Source of the DNA: Amphiscolops sp. MND2022
Lineage: Eukaryota
Assembly (NCBI GenBank): GCA_964187785.1
Contig: OZ076409.1
Coordinates: forward strand, 46,192,001-46,256,000
Direction of reading: 5' to 3'
Length of the DNA: 64,000 nucleotides
The position numbers were made by a program, and so were the translations under genes. Within the stretch, counting starts at the first letter, position 1; the number at the start of each line of letters is the position of its first letter. This document shows positions 37,201 through 58,452 of the stretch, piece after piece. Below the pieces are notes generated by a model. The model did not search any database. It saw only the letters and a program-made list of their open reading frames with translations, and had not been told where the DNA came from.

Positions 37201-38860
37201 TTTGGGTGTGTTAGTACCTCATTTAGCAGTCAAACAATGTGATATTGTAGTACATTACGGTGCAAACAATTGATTTTTCTGTATTACTTGTTTTGACTGC
37301 TAAACGTTAGATCCGTTTCTTCGAATTAATCGTTTGGTGTAACAGCACTGGAATCCATACAGAAACTTTTGAGAACAATGACATCATCACCCTGAGCTTC
37401 TCTAAGTCGTTTCGAGACTGTTTGATAATCTTTTCCGGTACGTTTGATAACTGTACTGGGTGTTTGTATACTTTGTACTCTCTAAGGGCGTCTTGTCATT
37501 CGCGTTTGTTGAAATATGTTGTAGACGAGGTACCATCTTGACAGCAACTTGCTTGATTTCGTCTTCTGCTTTTTAGTCGGCGCTTCATGAAGTGAAACGC
37601 GACTATTATAGTGACTCTTTTTTTCTATCCACACGAACTGACCAAAATAGTTCTTAAAAGTTCTACAAAATATTATGGTGTCAAATGGCACCATTTGGCC
37701 TAGCAAACTGGACCAAAAGGGTTTTACCTGTTTTTCCGCGTAACATACCATACCAGGCGAGACCAAAGAGTCCCCCCTTTCAATTTTTTTCGGCACTGCG
37801 AGACATTTTTTTTCGGAATTTTATTTCGAAATTTCTTTCCTCAAAGGCCCCCCCTGCATTTTTTTGATGTTTTGCGACAGAATGGATGTTGGAAAATCCC
37901 AAAGGGTCCCCCCTTTCAGTTTTTCGGCATTGTGAGACGTTAGCCACTCGGTCCATTTTTTTGATATGTAATTTTTTCAAAAAAAAAATTCAAAAAATTT
38001 TCAATTTTCGACTAATGTAAAAGAATACTTGACACTTGGAAGTCTTTTCGCTATTTTTGAGCCTTGGATATGGCGCCGACTTGGGCCGGTCCCGGCTTGT
38101 TTGATTTTACAAGTGCACTTTCGAACTTTCCTTCCTCATCTTTTCGAAAGACTTTGATTTGACAATTGATTGTTGAATAATCAGATTTTCTTTCAAAGCA
38201 TGGTCCAGTATCTTTCTGAAATGGTGAAAGACGTTCTCTCAAATAAATTTTCCGCCCACTGATTGGGTTTTTTTATTTGCCAACCATGATTTTCGGCCAA
38301 ATATTTTTTTTTCGTCGAGAAAATAAACTTCACGTTGACAGCCGCTGGTTTGTTGCTTGAGCCCGGTCCCAGCTAAAGACATGCTTTAAACCGACTCGGG
38401 AGTGTTTTGTAGCCCAAAAATTTTTCAAAGAAGAGACATACCTATTCTGATTGTGATTCCTTACTGTTTTTATTGGTACGTTTTCTATAATAATTGTTTC
38501 TTTGGACGAATAAATCTCCTGCTCAGTAATTCGTTCTTCCGAATTTGTGACTTTGTTCCGTAATTCCAAGATTTCACTGTCTCTTTCCAGTTTTAAGGCG
38601 TATAATTTGGCAAAAATTGCAGACAAATTTTTGTTTTCAATGCACTTTAATTCATTGGGAAGATCCATTTTCATGTAGCGGCGTTGAATTACTACGTAAC
38701 TCAATATTCAATTCAGCGCATGCAATCGACTGCTTTTCCCGCTGTCATTCTTGTCTCTGATTTATCACTCATTTGAAATAATTACGGCACCAATTTTGGG
38801 TTAGCAGTTTTCTGTAATGATTTCGTGCAATTACCTTTAACCCTGATTGGACATTTTCAT
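34230..38860 (-). mobile_element. Decayed near full-length CR1-group LINE, copy 3 (ORF1 + ORF2)
   Basis: ORF2 motifs as in copies 1 and 2. ORF1 remnant at 38102-38750 (coiled coil, EERITEQEIYSSKETIIIENVP, IYLRERLSPFQK) continues across the element at 37572-38100. Outer boundaries are approximate. Confidence 0.75.
37572..38100 (+). mobile_element. Family-1 Helentron-like element inserted in LINE ORF1
   Basis: Head ttttagtcggcgc and tail ggcgccgacttgggccggtcccggcttgt, inserted in a T-run with no TSD. Confidence 0.8.
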
Positions 38861-41800
38861 TAACCCTGATTGGACACCTGCTACTAGTTAGTACCACTTG
38901 AAAAGAGCGTGAGCGTGGTGAGTAAATTTCATTCACGCTTGAAAGTCATGTAGCCTGAAAGCTTTCGAGTCGGCTAGCCAATAGCAATGCGCTTTTTGAG
39001 TCAACACTGATCTCATTAAATTATTCTGTTGTCCGAAGTCAAAATAGGACTTACCCAAATCCGATTTCCTCAACGTGAGTACAGCTTCAAAGCTGAACTC
39101 ACGTTTCTTGATGGAGACCCTCAGGTTTTCAGTTTTTTTAAAGACACCTATAGCGTTTTGATGTTTGAGTGGGTCGCCGAGTTATGGCATTTGCTGAAAT
39201 TCTCCCATTGCTTCATTTTTTGATTGAGTATTTTTTGAAACTCAAACAAAATCTGAAAAATCGGCTCCATTCAAATCATTTTATAAATTCCAAAGAACAT
39301 CAATACCCAAGGAGTCAAAAGCAGAACTAAAGACGAGATTGTGAAACTGAGCTAAGATGGGTTAACTGCTTCTCGTGCAGTTTTCCTGCCAAGATGACCC
39401 AAAAAGCAAAAAAAAAATCTAAGAAATCAGTTTGAATGTATCCACGTATCAAAAACTTCTATCTAAGCTCAAGTTGAGAAAAGATTGACCGAAACAACTG
39501 GAAATCACGATATTTTTGCTACTTTCGAACAAGTATCAACATTCGTCAAGTAGCAACATTGAGGCATGGCCATATGGCACGTCGCTCCGCGTTGCATTTA
39601 GGGCACTAGAGGTATGTGGCCATAGCTGACTACGTTATCGTAATGTTCGATTGACGCTATTTTGTTTACATGTACTGTTATTTGGAATGTGTATTTGTCC
39701 AGTCAAATTTGAGAATAAATTTTGTTTAGTGAGCCGCTCCCGACGAATTGAATTATCGACGAATTGAACAGTCCCCGTTTTGCTTTGAATTTAATGAAAA
39801 GCGCGGGAAAAGTTGCAAGAATGTGCGGAATTTTAAAATGATTGAAATGCGCGGGAAATCGCGGTAAGTTGCAGTCGCAACATTTTCGGGGCCGTGTATA
39901 TAACTGATATTCCATATTTCTCGATGCAACTTGACGTCACATGATGTCATATGACATCAGGGTCATGACGTCAAAAACGTATTCAATCATCTAGCTTCTC
40001 TAAATTTATTGACAAGAGACTCACGCAAATAGTTTAAATAGAGCGCAAAGTTTCTCACCCCTCAGTGACAAAACATGAAGTACGTAACCCCTTCACGACA
40101 CCCTCGCTGCAGATCTACTCTACCCATTTTCTCCTTTTTGTTATCCTCAACATAAATCTTTTGTCTCTTATCAGAACTTAAGTTTTATGTTTTTAATTTC
40201 AACTCACTGGGTCCTCAGTGAGAGATAAAATATCTCTCATTTCTTTCAGTGAAACAATCACTTTTTCTCTAGTTAATCTTAAATCGACCAAGTGTTTCTT
40301 CAACTTCTACTTTGCTCAACAACCACGTCTTAGTTTGTCATAAATCTATTTTGTCGTTCTTTAACTTCTCGTTTGCTTGATTTGGCACTTTAATATCCAA
40401 GTCAATTTCCCTTCGACGTTCATTGTCCAACATTTTGCGAACTCTAACAAATTGATAAGTCCTGCTCTCACAGTCTGATTCACACTCTCCTATGGTGATC
40501 TGAGTTGATGAGAACCTTTGAATCTTAGTTGTCGGTTTGACTCTTAAAATTGAACAAGTTTCAACCTGAAATAAAGAGTATCTGATAGCATTCTTTAAAA
40601 GATAGTCTACAGTCAGTTTGGTAGACGGTAAACAAGAAATAGCAATTTGCTACCCTTACAATTCCTTATCGATTGCAAACTTGCTATATTCTAAACTCAC
40701 GTCCGATTTAGAATGTTCGACTAATTCAAGAGATTGCAAGGCTTCCAAAAACACTGATAAGGTTTCCTAACAATAGACTTTGTTATAGAACAATAATTTT
40801 TTCTTACTTCGCGTATTGGTTGTCTTCATGATAACTCCTCGCACATTAGACTTTTTCCCCTGATCTAGAGATACCTCAACAAAAAACCTAACGAACTCAC
40901 GCCTGAGACAACTTTTGTTGAAATGTCAAGAAAGCAAGTTGCAGAAAATTCACAAACCAAGTGACTTAAGGTTAGTTAACTAAATTGGCCGTCAGCACAA
41001 CCCCAAACACTTCACAATTCCAAAATTTTATGAAATGGACCAAAAATAGAAGGCAATCAAAACCCTACAAAACAGTGCGATCTAAATTGTAAAACGGAAT
41101 GTTTTGTCTACCGACAAAAATACACTGGAGATAGTTTTTTTTTCGATTAGAGACGATTTATCGTATATTTTTGCATCAAAGTCAACTATGTATAAAATCA
41201 CTGAAACATTAAGTTTTAGATTCTTTTGTGTTGGTATGGTATTTGTTACATGGCTTTGACAAGAGCTAAAAGATGGAAGAGAGAATCTCGAAGTATGGAG
41301 CATAATCCCAAAGATGAAGCAAATTCACCGTGGTTACCTTTTTCGTTTAAACTTGATTAAAAGTAGAAATAACAAAACTTAGAAAACAAAAGTCACAGTG
41401 GTACTGCGATGTTTTTCGTGTACTGTTTCCACACGTCTTTAAAACTGAATCAGACACTTACAAATCTCAATAGTTTGACAAAGAAAAATGCAGCGGATTA
41501 ATCTGAAAACATCTCTACAGATCTGAAAACTAGTCTTAGAATTTATGCATATAGGTTTCCAAGATGTCATTTCAAAAATGGGCATTGCCACAATCTTATC
41601 CTTGGCGACTCTAGTATGATTTTCAGAAAACCCGGTAAGTAGTAATGTCAGAAAACAGTTTTGATTGGATTTTGGATTAATTCAAACAGTATTTCAATTT
41701 TGAAACAATCAAAAACTTTTAACAATTTTAAAACGTTACCTTGCGTTCAAATCCTACTTTCTTCTTTGCAAAACCGTAACTAGTTCGGAAGAAGCGTGTG

Positions 41801-42882
41801 TAAAATATCGCATATAGAGTCAACAATTCAGTCTTAACGCTTTTTTCATCGTCAAATATACCTTATCCAAAGCTATATCATCAAAGTTCAACTTGAAAAA
41901 GTATCCAAGCTCTACCCTGGCTTGTTGCGAACTCCTGAGATGGGGCAATGGCTATTAACTAAGAAATAGGTGCAAAATTGCAGTGTAATTACAAAAAAGT
42001 CAAAAGGGAAGCCTTCCAGGCTGAAAAACTCTTCGACTAGAAAAATCAAAAACTGTCCAATTTGTATAGGATTCTGTGATGACGTGCAGCTTCTTTGTAA
42101 TAGCTACAAATGTAAGCGAATCAAAGGTGGGACCGTGTGGCACAACTGGATGCACATTAGATCTTAGGCTATCTCTGTTCAAAAAATGGACGGAAATTTT
42201 TCTGAGAAAAGTTCCAAATCTTCGTCGTCACTTGCAAGCACTTCCCAGCACCAGTCACTGTCATGCCTGACGCATGAGAATATTGAACAGAAGCATAGAC
42301 GAAAGGAAAAGAAAGTAGATAACCAAACCACATTATCAAACTTAAACTCAAACTTTTCAAATACATCATTCACATTTAGTTCCTAAATAGTTCCTCTCTT
42401 TCTCAACAATTTTCAAATCAACATGATACATTATATGATGTGGGTGATACACCATCATCAGACTTCACGTTATTGCAATCAGCCAAATAACCATTGCTCA
42501 TATAAACCATTTGCTCATACGATGTTGGTAGCATAACCACATCACAATGCTGAACGAATTAGTGAGTCATGTGTAATCATAGTAACACAAGTACATTTTA
42601 TTTCAATGCAGTAATAAATTTAAACTCAAATTGGGTAATTACTGATAGAAGTGTGAATTAAAACCACCAAAATGCTGCAAAATGATTCTTCGATGTGGTC
42701 ACGTGACCAACATCGACATACTCAACAACAGGCACGAGAACGCCACCAGTAGATTTTGTGAAGTTACCACGTACAGTTGCTAACCTCATTAGTATTCGTG
42801 TATAGCCAACCTCATCATACTTACATTAAACTTCTCATTACAAAAAATTAATATAACTTCAAAATTCCAGTATTTTTCCTTT

Positions 42883-43204
42883 ATGGTTAACACTAGATCG
42901 CAAACAGCTAGAAATATCTCAACAAACATGAACGGAACTGATAGATACAGTGATGCTGAGAGTGAAGAAAGTGTACCTGATGTTCTTACTTGAGAACAAA
43001 TGAACGACTTTAATAACGGCGATTTGCTAAATAGTCGAAACATGGTTGAACAACGATCTGTAAATCGAAGGTTCTCTGAAATGAATAAACAGATAACTGA
43101 ACTGACAAACTTAGTTTTGGTATTAACTGAGAAGATTACCTCTAGCAAAAGAGAAGGGACCGACCATAACACGGTCTCACCAGGACATGAGACCCGTTCC
43201 GACA
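42883..43204 (+). mobile_element. Probable LTR remnant carrying a gag-like N-terminal ORF
   Basis: MVNTRSQ... reading frame with one internal TGA, containing a coiled-coil-like stretch and reaching ..RSD at a CCGACA possible LTR end. The left boundary and TSD were not found. Confidence 0.4.
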
Positions 43205-43830
43205 CTCACGACACACAGATACACGTCCTAACCGCAAGGTCAACTGGAAAGTTCTTTCCACTGGCATCTAGTATTTTCAAGCAGAAACTGCTGAATTCAC
43301 TTTGACGGAAATCATGCTGCAATCTTTTTCAAAAATCTAAACCAACTGAGACTTGAGATTTGTTCAAAAGTCAATACAAATGATATAAGATTCCAGAGTT
43401 CAAGACTTGTGTTTCGTTTTCACTCCAATGTGCCGTTCTTAATGAACGAAATGTGAAAAAAAATTTCCCGTTGAGTCGGTGGTTCATGAAATACTTTTTG
43501 CAATAGTTTGTTTTCAATCCCGACCATGAAACTTCTACGTAAATTCAAAAACTCTACAATTGTTCAAATTGGTTGAATTGGTCTACCCGTTAATATTCTG
43601 ACGTACGTATTCCTAGTGAAACAAAAATATTAGTGTCATTCTCGGAACTCTGCGTCTTGTTTCCGAAAAAAGTTCAAATTCTGTGGAACCCTTTTTGGTT
43701 TCAAAGTATTTGTGGATAGCAAGTTGAAATTGAAAAATAGATCTTTTGACAATGATTAATTGGAAACTCCGGCCTCTTTTTTTGCAATCCAATATAACGT
43801 CAACAATTCGGGTATAGCGCTCTCTCCATG

Positions 43831-45244
43831 TGTCGTGATTTTCATCACTACTCTGAGGCCTAAATATATCCTCAGCATTGTGACAATTTTGTTCACTAAT
43901 AGCTTTGTTCAAGTTTGGTACATTTTCCCAAACTTTCTCCCGGCAAGGCATCTCAGGGCTCCTGTGTCGCTCACTAGACGTTAAGTCCACATTTGTTCTT
44001 GCACCGCTACTATTTTGACCCAGAGTTTTTCTGATGGCCGGTAGTACCTGATCTGATATAACTTGTTCAATTGTTTCTCTAATATGTAAATTCAAATCCG
44101 CCTTAAACTTATTCAGTTTGCTGGAAACCTGGCTGGTATTTTCTATGTTTATCATCCTTACGGCGTCTGATATGATCTCACTGCTCACTGCTTCCAACAC
44201 TGGATTAGTGTTTGTCTGACGCTCATTGGACCGTTGGTCTATATTTTCCTCATTTTCGCTCAGTTGGCTATGAACCTCATTTCTAGAGTAAGTTCCAAGC
44301 ATCACATCTAAGTTTTCCATATCATTTTCACGTCTGATTGCCTTGACCTCTGTTCTCTTGCCTTTTGTTTACGAGTGGAAGGCATTGAAAGTTTTGTTCA
44401 GTGAACAATTGATTACAATTGAATTGATTCAAACAGAACGAAACATAACCAAATGCCAAAAGAATAATCAGAATAAGATTGAAATAAGTCTGTTTGTCGT
44501 GAAGTGTGATGTTTGATTGCGATGAAGATTATGATCTCTCAAGCAAGGTGGGTCCTCTATATATAGTCTGATTCACATGACTCATAAATTTGCAGGTCAT
44601 GGTACTATTATTAGTAGCACTTTAGAGTGACGTTATTCTATTTATAGCATCAGGTGACTTGTGGAGAAAGTGACGTCAAGTTACGTCATTAGGTCAATCC
44701 AAAAGATGGGGGTTGTTTTTTTCATGTTGTTCACGACTTCAAAAGGTAGACTATTGGTCCAATCAACAAACAGTATTATTATTACCACATTGCAATTTTC
44801 TTGCGTGACGTCGTTTACAAGCTAGTAAAGTAATGGACGTTGCGTCCGTACCGCTAAAGCACATGTAAGCGTATTCAATTCTGATTGGACCATGCAATTT
44901 TGAACAACGCGTCAATCTGGCCTTAGCACGGTAACATTTGAACGCCTTTCCTTTTCAACTGCATGTTGTTTTACATTGATTGTATTGATAAATCACCAAC
45001 ATACAAGCTATTTGAATTGCCTTATTTTAGATTCGCACTTTCGAACACAAGTGAATAAGCGCAGAAAACATATTTAGGAGTAAAAAATAACATCAAGTTG
45101 AAGTACTAAATTGCAGTTCAAGTAACTTGCTGTGGCCGGGTAGACGTTAGGTCCACATCGTCAGATCGTTAGGTGGCGGATTCGTGTGATCGCCATCTGC
45201 AGGGATTTGATAGTATTTTCCATCACAGGCAGCAGTCTGCTACA
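43831..45244 (-). mobile_element. Solo LTR (1414 bp) containing an ORF
   Basis: TG...CA termini (tgtcgtg / tgctaca) with perfect 5-bp TSD ccatg at 43826-43830 and 45245-45249. TATA-like run at 44558-44565. ORF MPSTRKQKAR... runs from 44385 to the LTR end with one frameshift. Confidence 0.85.
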
Positions 45245-46892
45245 CCATGGAACCGCAATTTTCAAACAAAGTCGTACGATGACTGAAACTGTCTAAAAGG
45301 GAACATTTCAGGGTTAAAAAGATCCACTGTAAAGACCAACATCAAACAAACGTTAGGAAATTTTTTTTCCAATAATGTTCATGAAAATGGGCACTTCAGG
45401 GTGAGCTGTATAAAAACTAGCCACTGTTAGCGTCTCCCAATAAAGTTGCATAGTGCCAAAAAACCAAAAATGTTTTTTAGATGAACAACAACTACTGAGA
45501 GAACTTTCAGACAGTACAAAGAAATAATACCCAAAGAGATCGCCCTCGAGACTCAAAAACTTTTTTCCTCTGCTGAAACCGTCAAAAAAGAGTTGCAATG
45601 AGTCCAACAACCCAAACGGATATCTGTTGGCTCGCATAACGCTTTTTTTGCTAAAAACGTCAAAAAATCTAAGGAGACTTCTTGGTCTCGATTACCGTTG
45701 CAAACCCACGTATACCTACTTCTCAGCCACCGTCACGGTGCACAGAAACTAGCGTTAACCTCTATGCCTAGTGAAATGTACTTCTCATCTTTACACCAGC
45801 ATCTACTAGTTTCTTTCAGAAATTGTTGGAAAAATTTTTGAAAAATTCCCTACTAAATTTTTTGGTTTCTTGAGAGAACGAAAACTAAAAATGTCCTTTC
45901 TTTTCTTCGACTCAAGGATTGGAAATAATGAGATACGAATAATGTCAAACGAAAGCTTCCACCAAACTTCAACAGTACGGTGCCAAGTGAACAGTGGTCG
46001 CTTTGAAAAAAAAAATCTTAAAACTGCCAATTTTATTCTTTCAAAAATTGAGCAAGTCGAAAACGGCTCAAGTTGTTGCTGTTTGCGCGGCAAAAATTAG
46101 CTACAATAGTCCATGAGTTGTTTCCGGGAAGTTTACTAAAATCGTAAAATTATCATAAACACTAAACTTGTCTGAAAACAACTCAAAATTTCCTTCGGTT
46201 TTCTTGGCTTCTATACTGTTACTTAACATAGTAAAATTTTAAGGGGGTTTTGTAAAACCTTTTTTAAATTAAAATACTTGCCCAGATTTCCAAATGCTCC
46301 CTACTGCCTGAAATATTTGTAAGCAACACTTGAAGTATACCTTAAAAAAGAATTCGCCTGCTTTTAAGGCTCCTATATTAAGATAATAGAATGAGCCTTC
46401 CTGCTATAATAAAAGCGAGGTATTAATATTTTCCAACAGTTTTTGAATAATTTATTTGTTGAAGGAAGTTTCATGGAAGTTTCGCTTAATAAAACAATTA
46501 GGGAAATGATTTTCATATGTGAAAGAAATGTATTTTGGTGCGCATGGTTTGATATTCCGGTAAATCCACATTTTTCTCATTTATTCATCCTGATTAAAAT
46601 TCATTATCCGTATGTGCTGTTTCTTCTATGCAAATCTTATTCGTGCGCCAAACTTGAATATTTTACGTGGTGTTTGATTTTTTTGCAACCAAACTACTAT
46701 TTTGTGCGTTGATGTCTATTTTACGTAATGCATAAATTATTGAAAGTTGAAAACATTTGGAGCATCGGCAGGTGCGCTTTTATTGTTTTTTACAAAACAT
46801 TTTCAGCTTTTTCCACAATTTTTCACAGTCACTTTTGCGACTGCGTTCTATGTCATGGTTCAGTATGCGTTAATGCATAGCCAAGCGTAGTA

Positions 46893-56102
<9,210 letters not shown>

Positions 56103-56775
56103 CTCATCATTGCCGAAAAAAAACATATCGGTCAACTTTTTGGATTATAATGTTTGGCAAAATGTTCTGGACATGCTTCCAGAAAAATTCTTGGAAGCTC
56201 GAAAAATGTTAGAAACTAAAACCAAAAACTTCTCGTGTCTGAATTAGAAATCAGAAAGATTAATCCGTAATACACGAATGAAGTTAATTTCAGTTTAGTT
56301 ATGATAGAAAAAATTTGAAAGGAGTTTTTGGGAAATGTAGTTGTCTGAAGCAGCATGCATAGCTCAAATTTGTGCAGCTTCGTTTCAGTGTGCCGTAAGA
56401 ATCATATTTCTGTAAATCGAGACATTAGAAGAATATTTTGAGACTAACTTTTTTCCAACAATATTCTGCGGTAATTTGTGATCAGCGCCCTTCTCAAATA
56501 CTTTTCAATTTCCAACGCCAGAACAACCAAACATGGTGCCTCAACTAGGCCGTAGAATAATAACTAGTTATAATCTTGTTGGTTCGCTCTTCCCCAATTT
56601 GGCACAATACCTTCTCTCATACAGACGTGAAATATTCAGAATCGAAGCACAAAAAGTCATACGCTTTATGGAATGATATGCGACTTTTACTGTGGCTTTT
56701 CGTCACGGTATTTTTCTTAGGATACAAAAAATCTCACTTTTAGCGGGAATTTTCCCCCCAATTTTTGCCAAGAGC

Positions 56776-58420
56776 TGTTGAATTTCATTCACTATTTCAA
56801 ACTCGGACTGAAAACATTTAGTACTTCAAGCTCAGACTGAAAACTTTTCGTACTTCAAGCTCGGACTGAAAACATTTGGATTGACTTTAGTATCTTTAGT
56901 ATTCATTCGTTCCTGGTTCATTATGTGATGTTACATTCACTCTTGTTACATTGAAAAGCTCTTACGAATCGAAGACATTAAGAATAAGATAGAGAACGAT
57001 TATTCCCGAAAGCTAAAATTGCCCTAAAAGAAACCTTTTTTCTGAAACATGGCGCTCAAAATGGCAAACTAGATTACCACCAAAAGTGAAAAAACTCTAT
57101 GTAACGTCAAAGCGTCAGCCGAAAAGAAAAAAACGCGGAGAAACAAACTTAGTAGTCTGAAAAAAAAAGAAAAAAAACTTTGCGGAAATGAAACACTCCG
57201 TCAAAAGAGTTAAAAGCAAGCAGCTTGGTCACATGAATGTGATAGCCAAACTGGTAAAAGAAGTAGAAACACTAATTTCGGATAGAAATGACTTTTCCAA
57301 AAAGACAATATCTCGTGTGAGAGCGGCAAGGAAAAAGTTGTTAGATTCTAGGGTAGCAATGGAAAAATTAGATGAGGAAATGGATGAGGCCTTAGCGGAA
57401 GAAGTAGACATAGAGGATGAAGCGGTAACAGAAAACGTAGAGCGGTGTCAAGAAGTACTAATGCTTTTGGAAGAGTCATTGTTTAACATTGAGGATTTTG
57501 AGGAAGAAATTGAGAAAAGAAAGGGTAAGGAAGTTCTGGAGGAACAACAGGGGGCGGCGGTAAACGTGGTTTCGGACACAGGCGATCAGGCGCAACGGGA
57601 TGTAGCAGTAGTAGAGCGGGTGAATGTTTCAGCGGATAACTTCGTATCGTACAGATTGGGCGGTACAGAGAGAGCTTTCACGGAAAATTCGGTTGACGCA
57701 GCGGTAGCGGAGGTTCAAGCAAGCGGAAGAAGAATGGTCTTTAGGGTAGATGAGGAGCAAAGCAATAGAAGTCCTGACTTGCATTCAGACGAGGGCGGAG
57801 ATGTCATGGCAGACGTTTTGGCACAGTTCGATTCTTTGGGGAGTAGCGGAAACACTTTTCAAGGATATCACAGTCAACCGAGCGGACTGGGAACGACAAA
57901 TTTGAATACGTTGGAGCTTCAAAGTGTAGCGCAGTCACGATTGTGGAGCAACAATGTGTTGTTGAAAGACGATTTCAACCTCGGCGCTGAATTCGACGGG
58001 AATTCCGTTTGGAGTTCATCGAGACCATCCATATCAACAAGCGGTCAGAGGAATAGAGGAGCTTCAACGATCTCGGAAAAAATTCAGAGTAACAGTCATC
58101 ATTTCGAACATAAAGAAGGTAATGTTGGAAGCGGTCGGCGAGCTGGAGAAGTTGGCGACCGGAGAGATGGAGATGTTGGAGTTGTTGGAGGTTGGAGAGT
58201 TGGAGATGCTGGTGCAGGCGGAGATGGAAACAAACGCGGCAAAACAAAACGCAGCAAAGCTGCCGTCATGTTTTCAAACGACAAAGAAGACAGTTTCACA
58301 ACTTATACAAAATCTAAAAGAGAACTCGACAAGCAGAAAACAACAACCAGAAAGCGAAAAGATGAAGAAAAAGACGACGACGTCCGCGACGCAGAAGTAG
58401 AAGAAGATGCAGCAGAAGAA

Positions 58421-58452
<32 letters not shown>

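Larger units (their letters stand above)
23313..37472. repeat. Tandem triplication, units 23313-28039, 28040-32679 and 32680-37472
   Basis: Three colinear, highly similar but non-identical copies. The same junction gtatactgg|gagtttttctc occurs at 28040 and 32680. Confidence 0.95.
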
